64,000 nt of DNA from Candidatus Omnitrophota bacterium (GTDB taxonomy: Bacteria; Omnitrophota; Gorgyraeia; Gygaellales; Profunditerraquicolaceae). The translations under genes were made by a program, and so were the position numbers. Where the stretch lies: the NCBI GenBank assembly GCA_041649115.1, contig JBAZNT010000004.1, positions 23,466-87,465 of the forward strand. Reading direction: 5' to 3'. The notes below the pieces were generated by a model, which worked only from the letters and a program-made list of their open reading frames with translations, did not search any database and was not told where the DNA came from. This document shows, piece by piece, positions 12,001 to 24,000 of the stretch (its first letter is position 1; every line of letters starts with the position of its first letter).

Positions 12001-15000
12001 ACGACCCCATCTTTGATTCTTTGAATTGGTACGAAGCTAAAGGTATTATCTGGCAGATTATATGGCTCTATGCCAAATCGCCATTCTACCATGAAAAGAA
12101 GGATGCCGATAAGGCAGCCTTAAGGGACGTCCCTCACCTGGTGGCTGTCTTGGACGAGATAGACGGTGTCAGCCGGGATGAGGTTATACGCAGGCGCCTT
12201 TCTTTTGCTATGGAGATAGTGGCCTTATCCAATATTAACGTCTTTGACCGTGCCAAGGCATACCGGGAAGATGACCCTGCTACCCAGCTTGTCTTAAACT
12301 TTGAGAAGATTATGAGTTTGGTGAGAAACAGGATGCATCCCGACACCATATCCTATGCCTTCAGGAGGTATTTCGTTTTAGAGATGACCAAGGAGGTAAT
12401 AGATTGCCTGTTAGAGATTCCGGAAATGGAAAGGGAGGGTAAGACGGTTATCTTTAATATTAATAATGCCGGTGAGGCCATTTATTCTTTAGTTTTGATT
12501 CGCGAGATTTTAAATTTAGGATATAAAGTAGTTATGACTGCCAATGAAAAGCCGATTGATGATAACTACGATGTAATAGACCTGACAGAGTTATTGGGCA
12601 ATCCTTTCGTAATACGCCCGGAGTTCCTTGGCGAGTTTATCGCATCCGGACGCCTTTGCATGATTTCAAACGGTTCATGCACGTCGGGATTAAACCTTGC
12701 GGATGTCTCAAAGCAGTTTTATGAGCTGGCAACAAACCGCAATACCGTGCTTATGCTTTCGGTAGGCTACGACCTTACCTGGGATACGCAGGATTACTTC
12801 TTGCCTTTTAATACCGCCTCTTTATTTTGGATAAAGAATAAAATTATCATAAAAGGAGGCTTGGATTTAAGCGAGTTGCGCGGGACAGCGATGGTCCTCT
12901 TCAGGAGAAAAAGCGAAAAAACCAGCCCCCGCCCTTCCCACAACTTCACCCTTTCTACCCAGCTCCTGGCTGCCCTGGCGTGCGCTTTAACTCTAAGGTT
13001 TAAGCCGGCGGCAGGATTCTACCGCACATTCAGGGCAGGTTATAAGGTGGCCCTCTACAGGACAGCCAAACTCGGAGGCATCAGGGGTTCTCCCGTATTG
13101 AAGCACCTCTTTGCCTTCTTTTACCGCATTGCGGACAACAGCATCACCGCCTCCGAGATAAATTCCCTCAAACAGGAACTAATCCTGGCCTTGCAGAAAA
13201 AGGAACTCAATCTTACCAGGAAAGAAATCAATTCCTTCATCAGGCAGCTGAAGCGCCATGAATCTGCCAGGAATGAAATCGGGGGCTTAAAAAAGCAGTA
13301 TCAGGAATATTTAGAAGTAAGACAGAGGCGTTTTAAGTTCGGGATTGACCCGGGGAGATTTCTACCAGAGGATTACGCCGAAATCATCAAAAACCGCGAA
13401 ACCAATCGCCCTGACGGCCGCCCCCTGGCGGTTATGGTTTTCTGCTCTTATGATTGGAACAAGGCTTTTAGCAGTAGCTCATGCAGGGAGATGACATCCG
13501 CTTTTATCAAAAACGGATACAGGGTTATGTATTATGTTGTCGGTTCGCGCGTGAAGTTAATTTCGGCTTTGAAAGATGCAACTTGCGATGAGGCAGCTTC
13601 GGTAATACTGTTTGGCGGGCACGGAACTCCGGAAGGAATCCTCCTGGGCAAGAGGGCACGCCTGCGCATAGAAAACTATGATTTGTTAGCCGGCGCAGGC
13701 TTAGATTCCGTTCTAAAAGAAAACGGACGGGTGATCCTGAATTCCTGCAGCACAGGAAAGGGGAGGGATAAGAATCCTAATATCGCCAATATGCTCTCCA
13801 GGTTATGGAAAAACAAAAATCCGCTTATCTTGGCCCCGACCGTAGAATCCTTCTCCCCCAGGATCCGATTCGGGAAAGACGGAGAGGTGGAGGATGCCTC
13901 ATTTTTGCATTACACCAATAATAAGGACCGGCTAACTGACCTGTTTTGTTTATTGTTAGTGTTTTCCATCGGGATAATGTTATGGCATTGTTTAATCTGG
14001 TCGTTAAAAGAAGAGGCGAGCAATCTGAGTCTGATATTATTACTGGGGTCCAGTATCTTAAGCAATGTTGCCACATTCTGGTCATCGCTGAGCCGGTCAT
14101 TTCAGAGAAACTTAGACAATATCTATTGGCGTTTTATGCACCGCTATTTCTACACCTATCGTATCAATGCCCCAGAGCAAAAAATATCCCAAAAACAGAC
14201 TGTTAAATTCTGGAAATATTGTGGCCCTGGCTCTACCTGGTTTGCTTCAACCTTTCCGTGGCTGGTGGGGAAGCGAACTCTAATGGCATCCAGGGCCACA
14301 GTATACTCTAAAGCTCCGGAGAAGCCAAAGAAACGCTTCCAGCCGAATTGGCGCAAGGTATTTGCAGTCTTGATGATGGCTACCGTTCTTATCGCAACCA
14401 TCGGCTTCAAGGCCGGCAATATCATTACCCTTTCAAATGCTTACGGTTATTCCTATAGCGAGCAGCCTGTAGCATCCGAGATTGCCGAAGTAGATTTTAC
14501 TCCCCAGGATGTCTCTGCGGATTTAAGCGGAGCAGATGTTATCTCTTATTTTAACAGCACGGCAGAATGGCAGGAAAGCCTTTTTTCCGGCATAGGGGCA
14601 GTTAAAGTAAATTCCAACTGCGTAAGCTCTGAGGGGTGCCTGGAGTTAACTTCGGTAGACGGCGGGATAACGGCAATTACATCGCCGGTTAATCTGGACC
14701 TGCATGCCAAGCTCCCCTTTATGCGTTTTAACGTAAGCGATCTGGAGAGCGCAGAGCAGACCGCCCTCTATCTTTATACTACAGACGATGATTTTTATTA
14801 CTGGAATATCGGGTCATTTGATTATGCTACAGACGGCTGGAACGAAATCGTGCTGAACAGGAGCAATTTTTCGGTTGTCGGCTCTCCGGACTGGTCCAGG
14901 ATTAACAAGGTAGGGGTGAGGATAAAATCAACTCCCGGGGCAACGCTCAGCGTAATCTTTGATGAGCTGGCAGTGCTTCCCGAGACCCTTACGCAAGGCG

Positions 15001-18000
15001 TCGTAATCCTAACCGATGATGACTTAAACAGGTCTGAGATGTACGATACCTTTGCGCAGGAATTAATCAGCCGCGGCATGCCCGCCTCTCTGTTTGCGGA
15101 CCATAAAGCCCTGGGGGCCGCAGGCGCGATTAGCGTCGAAGACATGAAGGTGTTACAGGATGCTTACGGTTGGGATATCGCCAACCATTCCTGGACGCAT
15201 TCGGACTTTACGGTCCTGACTACTGAAGAGCGCATTGCCGATATCACCCGGATGTCCGCATGGATGTGGGAGAACGGCTTTAAGGCCTGGGATATCTTCG
15301 CTTACCCGCTTGGCAATTATGACGCCGATACCATCCGGGATATCTCTCCGTACCTTACGGCGGCAAGGGGCGTGAGGGGCAGGAACGATACTTCCTACCT
15401 GGCAGACCCTTACCGTATAAGCGCAAGGCCGGTGGACCTGGATGTTTCCTTGGCAACGGCGCAAGAATGGGTAGACAGCGCTGCCCGGAATAAAGAGGTG
15501 CTGGTTTTAACCTTCCACAGCATTGCCGATAACCCCGTAGCGGGCGATGACCTTACCTGGTCTACCGCTGATTTCAGGTCCCTGCTTGATTATATCTGCG
15601 ATAGCGACGTAGAAGTAATGACTATGTCAGAGTATCTTGCCAGATATGCGCAATATGACAGTGACGCAGCGTTAGTATCCGGCGCAGAACAGGCAGGGAC
15701 ACAGGGATTTACCCTGGCGGCCGATTATAGCTGGAACCTGCCTCAGGGGTGGGTGATAGATTCCAATGGCAACGGTTCTTGGCCTAATGTTAAAAATTCA
15801 CTTTCAGTAGGCTCTGCCGGCACAGGCTATTCTGCCCTGGTTGACGCGCGCTACCATAACAAATACATCATCCAGGGGATGATTGACGTGGATGAATATA
15901 CTGCCGGACAGATAGGATTGTTTATTGAAGAGGGGAAACTGGAGGAAGGGGCATTTACCCCATTGCGCAGGATACCGGTAGCGGTCAGGACCGGCCAGAG
16001 CCTGGTTTATGTAACTGATGATTATACGGTTGATAACCCTGATGTCAATGCCGCAAGGCTAGTAATTGAAGTTAGCGCTGGAAGCGACCTGCACGCCTAT
16101 CTTGATGATTTGAGTTTTTCGCGCATCCGAGAACCGCAGGCATTCAGCGTCTCGAGGCCGCGCGTGGTCTTCAGGTTTGACGATGGCTTCGACGACCAGT
16201 ATCTTGCTGCCGAGTTCCTCCAGCAGCACGGCTTCCCGGCAGTGGTTAATATTATTACCGACCGCGTCGGTAGGGAAGGCTATCTTAACTGGGGAGAGGT
16301 CCTTGAACTTGATTCCATGGGGGTAGAGATTGGGGCGCATACCCGCACCCACGGCTATTTTGACGGTGCCGACGAAGCGGAGTGGTATGATGAGATTGTG
16401 GGCGCCAAGGGTGACCTGGAGATACAGGGCGTTGATGCGGATACCTTTGCTTCTCCGCGCCTGGAGTATGATTATTTCTCAGATGCCACGGTTTTGAGGC
16501 ATTATTCTTCTTACCAGGGAGGAGAAGGCGGGGAGGGCCAGGGCGTCAACACCTTTCCGTATAACCCCTATAACCTCAGGTCCCGCGTCGTTTCCAATAC
16601 TACTGCGGTTGAAACGGTAATATCCTGGGTTGATGAGGCGATTGAGAATAACCAGACTTTAATCTTGATCTACCATAAATTTAATGACGCCCCGCAGTAT
16701 GATACCGAGGTAAGTTTTGCCGATTTTAGCACGGTAGTAGATTATATCGCCTCCAGAAGCGGAGAGGTTGAGGTTGCTACCATCGATGATTTTCTTTCTG
16801 AGCAGGATGAGGCGCTGGTGAATCTGCTTCCCAATCCTTCTTTTGGCGATGTAGTCAGCGCCCCGGAATCAGCGCTTCCTGAAATTACCTCCGCAGATGA
16901 AATCGTGCGTCCTTCCAAAAGCGGTTTAGCGGTTTTCTTCAAGACCTTTACCTTCAGGGGGGAGGATAGCATCTGGACGGTTGGAGTCCGTAGGGATTAT
17001 CTGCCAAAGCTGTTAGTTTTAGTTTACAGTCTGCTTTCGGGGGTTTACATCTTCGGCCGCTTGATTCAGGCCTGTTTCTACCGCGCGCCAAAAGAAAATA
17101 AGTATTATCCTTTTGTTACTGTTGTCACTCCGGCTTACAACGAAGGGGCAGCCGTTAAGGACTCCATCCTGCGTACCTTTGGTACCGGTTATCCCCTGGA
17201 GCGGTTGAGGGTGGTAGCGATTAACGACGGCTCGCGGGATAAAACCCTGGATTATATCCGGGAGGCAGCCGGGATTTATCCGGACAACGTCCTTGTCATA
17301 AACTTCCCCGAGAACTGCGGTAAGCGCGAAGGTATGTATGCCGGTATGCAGGTTGCTTATGCCTTAAGCCGCGCCCGCAGCGAAGCATTGGATAACGCAG
17401 AGGCTGTTAATGTTATCCTGCGAGATCTGGAGATTAAAGTCAAGGGAGCGCTGAAGCCGTCAGCCGCAGAGGCGATTGTGGAGGCGACGCGCCGGGAATT
17501 GGCGCGGCTATCAATTGAAAAAAAGGAAGAAGGAGATTTTTCCTTCGGACTGGTAATACCCGAAGGGATGGAGAATTATTTTGTGAGTCCTTGCGAGCTT
17601 CCTGGCGGTGCAGTGGGGTTGGATGAGGACGCGGTAGTGTTTGTTGATTCTGACAGCTACCTTCGCGCCGGCGCGATCTACAATGCAGTGCAGCCGCTTT
17701 ATGACCGTAAGGTAGGAGCAGTAGCAGGCCACGCCTATATCCACAATCCTACCCGCGACCTCCTGACCGCAATGCAGGCGATTACTTATTTTACGATGTT
17801 CCGTATCGTCAAGGGCGCGGAGAGTGTTTTTGGTTCGGTTACCTGCGTCTCGGGATGTTTAGGAGCCTACCGCCTGGATTATCTTGTTGATGTCGGAGAG
17901 AGGTTTGTCCGGCAGGAGTTCTTAGGAAAGAAGTGCACTTTCGGGGATGACCGCCACCTGACCAACCTCATTCTGAAACAGGGCTACCGGGTAGTTTATA

Positions 18001-21000
18001 ACCGTAATGCAGCGGTTGATACCATTGTCCCAAATACTATGCGGCAGTTTATCAAACAGCAGACCCGCTGGAAGAAATCCTGGTTCCGCGAGACCATTTT
18101 TGCCAACAAGATCATGTGGAAACGCCCGCTCCCGGCAAGCATTGCTTATTATCTCGGGGTCCTGTTGACCATCTCGGCTCCGTTAATGGTTGCTTATATG
18201 GTGATTGTCCGGACGATGCTGAAAGGTATCCTGCCCTTTGCATATTTGGGCGGCTTGCTGCTTCTGCCTTTTGCAATGGCGATGTATTATTATTACCATA
18301 ACGGCATGCGGGGCAAGCTTTATTATGCCTGGTTGTTGCCGGTTGTATTCCAGGCATTTATTCTGGGGCCGCTGACTTATTATGCCATCCTGACCTCTAA
18401 AAATACTGGATGGGGCACGCGCGGCGGAGCGGATAAGGCCGGGAAGGCCCAACATTTGAAACTTGTCGCCAAGCGCATCAGCGATACCGCCAGCCGCCAG
18501 GCGAAAAACACCAGTACCCGCAGCGGCAAGGAATTAAGCAAGGCAGAGGCGGATTCCGTAACCGCATCCATGCTGGATTTGTTAGCCAAAGCGTCCGGCT
18601 CAGATTTGTGCGGCCTAGATCAATTTATCTTAAGACAGCATGTTAACGGGGCAGTATCTGCGGTGAGGTTTTTTGCCGGGCTCTCCGCTCGTTTCAGGAA
18701 AGAAGACCTGCGCCAGGCTGTTGTTATCAGCGGAACTCCGATATATGTTGAGAGGGCGAATGGAGCGCGAGAGGAAATTTTTGGCGCAGTCAGGATTATT
18801 AACGGCAGAATATCGATATATTTAAACAATAACCGCATAAGGAATAAGGTTGATTTATCGCGTACTTTGGTGCATGAATTGGGTGCTTATATCGGGTTTC
18901 CGCATTGGGTTAATCAAAAGATATTGGAACGGCTGGTGCCTGATGTTGACAGGAGCGTCCACGACCCCGCCCGTCCCATACCCGGTCATTCCATGCCTGC
19001 CGGGGAGGAAGTGAACAGCCAGATTGGCCTGGTCGGCTGGGACAGCGGAGAAGTCGAGACTGTTGGGGTAGATGCCCCCGCATTGTGCCTGGCAGTCAGC
19101 TGCCTACGTTCCATCGGCAGAAACGACATGGCAGAATATTTAGAGTATCTCGCCAGAGCGGGTCTAATCCGTGCCGGACCTTTCAAGGGATTCCTGGCTG
19201 CACCTTATCAGCAAGGCATCGCCTTAAGCAACAACTACCCCGCCTATAACACCACTCAGGAAATAGCGCTTTCCCTTATTCATGATATCGGAGCCACTTC
19301 CAGATTTGACCTTAGCCACGAAGAGAACATTGAAAGAGAAGAAAGGTGCGCTGCTTTATGCGCCTGCGGTTATTTTGAAATTAGCGCTATCCTGGAGGAC
19401 TTATACATTAAAGCCCTGGATGCGCTGAAGAAATATAAAGGATATTACCAGGCGGCAGGAACCTCGCACCTTTTAACGCCGGAGTCTTTGGATTACCTGA
19501 AGACCCATAGATACAAGATGAATTTTAGGTATCACGGGAAGATGAAGTCTTTTATGCGGGCGCATCTTTTGTATAACCGGCACTATATGGAGAATGCCCT
19601 GGTAGATATCAGTTTTCTTTGGATGGCGTATTCGGCCTTGAGGCATTTAGAAAAACAGGGAGCGCAAGGTTTAAAATCTTACCTTGATGCTAAGGAAGAG
19701 GCGGTAAAAAGAGTAACGGCCAGGCACCTGGAGCTATCCGAAGGCGAGCTCCGGAGGTATCTGGAGGGCGAACCCGCTATTACTGCCCGGATAGAAGCAG
19801 AGCTCCTGGTTAAGCCCTTTACGCCTCAGGGGCTAAGAGAAATTTTTGAAAATGACTCCCGGCGCCGGCATAAAAAAGGAGAATACAGCATTTTTTCCTA
19901 TTTCGGCCAGGGCCAGGACGAAAATAGAATCCTTTTAGCAGTACGGAGGTTCTATGCCTCTTTGAGGTTTTTCGATAAGTACGCCTGCGAGATTTCCTCC
20001 CTGAAGTCGCGTATCGCATCTCTGCCTTCAGAAGCTAACGAACCAGCGGCCCCTGAGGTAGCGCCCAGGGTCGCGCGCGCTCTTCGCGTTAAAGAAATTT
20101 CCCCGGAGGCCAAGGGCCAGCAATATCTCTGGACCGATGACGATATCAAGGCCGCGGATTATATAAGCCGGTTAATCGGGATATTAGAGAGATTGCTCGA
20201 TAAATCTCTGAATGATTTGAAATATGCATTGCAGGAGTATACGGATAAGTTTTTTAATTGTAGCCAGAGTGAATATAAGCGTTTAGTCGGGGAGTTAAAA
20301 TTGGAGGATGCCCGCCTGATTTTTAAAAACAAATGTTATTTGAATCAGGAGCGTTTGAATAGGTTAGAGAAGTTTATTAATGCCGGCCGCGATACCGCCT
20401 TGAAGCTGACGAATCCCTATGTTTTGAATAAGCCGGTTTACAGTCTTTCTTACCATCTGGCTTTGGTACGCAAGGTAATGGTGGCGCAGAGGTATCTTAA
20501 GACTAAAGGGCCGCAGGTCCTGCACCGTTATCTGGAAGATAAGGCCCGGGAAGCAGGCAACTTATCCAGCCAGCAATTGGTCAATGCCATGAGCTCAGAG
20601 GCTGCTGTTTGGCTTTCTTGGGTTTTGGAATACGAAATAAAAAATCCCAAGATATATAAGATGACGGGTTTATTATCCATATTAGAGCAATACCTGACAG
20701 AACGGCCATTTATTATCGCCTGCGAGCTTTCCGATACGGCTAAGATTTTAACGCCGATGCTGGGGGAAGAACTCCACGCGGCCGACGGCTTTAATCTTAC
20801 CCCTTCGCACCGTCTCCGTCTCTTAGAACAGGTGCGGTCCGGAGAATTAGATGTTGTTTTTGTTTCGCTGGAGTCTGTGCCGGAGGCCACGGCATATTTG
20901 GAGGCAAGCCAGTTTATTTTATTGACCGAAACACCCGACAGCTGGAAGGTTGAGTCCCACCGGGCGCAAGGTGAAGGACTTACTGCCGAAGATGCGCATG

Positions 21001-24000
21001 CAGAAGGAGCGTTGCCGGAGGCCGAGCAGCTTTGTCTATTTAACCCTTTGCAGGAAAAAGAGGAGGCAGCGTTGCCTGCGGTTGAAGAGGAGCTTAGGGC
21101 TATGGAGCGGATTGCTGCAGCAGAAGGACGCCCTAAGATTATTGAGTATGATATGCGGCGGCTACATTTACTTAACGCATTAGGCATTATCACCAGCGGG
21201 AAAAGGGTTTTTAATGTGCTCTCCGGGGTAGATTTGTTCCCGGGGTTATATGCCGGGGAGATGTGGGCGTCTGATATGCGATTCAGCGATATTGAATTGC
21301 AGGAGTTATTTAGAAAGGTTTATGAGCGGGCAGCGGAATTTATCCCGGAAGAATCAAGAGAAAAGGTATTGCCGCAACTGGATTGCTTTGAAAGGTGCGC
21401 GATATGCCATGATACATCCGACATTCTGCAATCAAAGTGCGATTTTATCCCGGGTTGGGTCAGCCAGATGCGCCCAGGAGACGTTGTGATATTGAAGTTT
21501 TCTCATGAATATCTCCTTCAGCCAGGGGTAAGCCCGGAGAAGATTAAGGAATGGATGGATGACTTTACCAGCGCGCTCCCCGAAGGGGTGATAGCGGTTG
21601 TCGTAGAGCATAAACCGCAGCCTAACTTATTCCCCGAAGGCCTGGCTAGCCATCTGCTCAGGTCAGGGGACTTCGTAGATTATTTAAACCCCGATGTTTC
21701 TAGGCGTTTGGATGCGATACACGCAAATGAGCGGATAATAGAGCCGGGTTATCGGGATATTGAAATTGTCTTAAGAGACGGCGAGAAGCGTAAAATTTTA
21801 GTTTATGATGCCGGAGGGAAGCTAACGGTATTACGCAAGATAAGGGTGCCGGAGAACGCAGTATTAAAGAAGACAGGATTTCTTTCCCGCTTTAAGCAGG
21901 GAGGGATCATTGAGATAAAGCATTATTTTGACGGAGATCCCCAGACCGAGGCAGCCGGCACCTTGACCAGCTTATTATCTAACAGCGGCCTGCCTTATTA
22001 TTCCACAGCCACCTCGGTTTATGATATTTATTCGAGGATTCCTTTAAGTTGCGGCACCAGCGGAGAAGTAAAAGACATACATTGGCTTATATACGGCGGG
22101 CTGTTTACCGCCTGCATCCAGGTTACAATCGAAGCTATTTTAAGAAGAAACGGGATACTAAGCGAGGATTCGGTAAGCTGGATAACCCTGCCTTTGTTTG
22201 CGATAAACACCAGGTATATCCCAAACAGCCAGTATCGTTACGAAGCCTCCGAACGCATCCCGGAGTTAATCGCCGAGCATTCTTCGGAAGGCATAATCAC
22301 GACGGGTAGAGAGTTTTCTTTGCGGGGCAAGGAGGAATATCTCTATTTTCCCTATAATGCCGACTCCAGGATTATAATCAGAAAAGACGGAGAGATTCTA
22401 GGAATAATCAATCCTTGCGGCAGCCCGACCTTCGTGCTTGATTTTTATACCAGCATGGACTGTATGGACCGCTACGCCTTCGGTGATAAAGAAACCTTAG
22501 AAGGATTAGCAGAAGATGCGGCTAGCCCCTCAGGGCCCAGCCATAAAGAGTCGGGACACGGAAAGGCACGGCTCAGAGGAATTCTTGCCACTCTGTCATT
22601 TTTAGACGTAATGCCAGAGAGTATTTTCGCCAGAATGTTCAGAGGCCAGGATTTTAGAGAAAGGGTCGCCTCTGTGCTTAGATATTTTGCAAAGAGCGAT
22701 AAATATGCGCAGATTGAAACAGCGCTGGAGCCCGTCGAATTAAAGTTACTTGAAAGGGTCGCCTTTAACGTGATATTTAAATACATCTATTTAAGGACCG
22801 GCGTATTGATATACGGAAGGGAATCTCACCTTTTGAATCATGTTGAGCAGCTACGGAGAGAATATACGCGGGAGTGGTTCAGGCGCAAGGATTCTTCCTG
22901 GGCAGATTCCTTTAACAATCTGCTGTTGCAGGATGGCGAATTTTATGATTTCTTGGACCATGTTTTGGATGTCAGCAATACAGGATTTGTGCGTCCCGAA
23001 ATTAAAAGTCAGACGGGTTTTCTTATCGAAAATATCATCCGGATAAGACAAGCGGATAGTGGCAGAAAGGTCAGGATTTGGTTCGCTGCGTGCGCCAGCG
23101 GTGAAGAGGCATATCGGTTTGCGGCTGAAGCCATAAGGCACGGGTTAGGCTCTGATGATATCGAAATAATAGGTTCTGATTTAGACGCCGGAGATATCAA
23201 TTCCGCAAAAAATAAGACCTATAATAAGGCTGCTGAGCTTTTCTTTGGGCGAGGCCAAAGCCATGAAAGAGAAAAAGAGATCAAGGAATTTGAGGCTATT
23301 TTCGGAAAGAAAGACGACATCCGGCGCAGGGAGGCAATATTTAAATGCTATAACTTTTTAAGCGATGAGGCATTTCCTTTCGGCCCGGGCCTTGATTTTG
23401 TTGTTTTAAACAATGTTATTAAAATTTGGATACCTCTCGAGCGCCTTCCTGAACTGAGCGTTAGATTATACCCGCTCCTTAACAGAGACGGGCTCGTCTG
23501 TATCTGCAATGAACCGGAATGGAATGAGGGCATATCCGGCAAGCTCGACGCTTCATTATTCCAGGAGATAAAAAATCAAAAGAACGTTTTCCGCAAGATA
23601 GAATTCCTTGAGAGAGCGGCAGCCGCAAGGGGTCAATCCCGGATAACCGAGAAGACCCGCAATTTCACCCCCGCTTCTCAATGGCTCTTTGCCAAATCCT
23701 TGAGGCTAATGAGAAAGGCCAAGGCAGCCGCGCATTATGAGAAAATATATGGATTAGGCTATAAGGCGGCCTTGTGGAAGACGGCCGGGATAAACGGAAC
23801 AAGAGGGTCTCCGACCCTCAGGCAGAAGTGGAATGCCTTTTTCCGTCCTCTCGCCAATGACCGCACCAGCGAAGAAGAGCTCCAGGACCTGCGCCAGGAA
23901 ATAATCAAAAATCAAGTCCTTGCCGAAAAAGAAGCCGACACGCTCGTTAACGAAATCAGAACCCATGAACAGGCCCATCGCCAGGCGACCCGGGAGGGCA

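Noticed and set aside
4486-14270. The shared core of the two intragenic motif copies contains GCTGGTGG, identical to the E. coli Chi octamer
   Set aside because: Chi sequences are lineage-specific, and an 8-mer is expected about twice by chance in 2 x 64 kb. No inference about RecBCD/AddAB recognition is justified.
20528-21193. 221-aa minus-strand ORF inside the giant gene; also similar antisense ORFs at 44811-45626 (271 aa, inside nrdJ), 37611-38432 (273 aa, inside the GH gene) and 45675-46307
   Set aside because: All lie antisense to strongly supported coding regions. They are Ser/Ala/Arg/Gly-rich with no recognisable motifs and no RBS, so they are typical mirror-frame artefacts of GC-moderate coding sequence.
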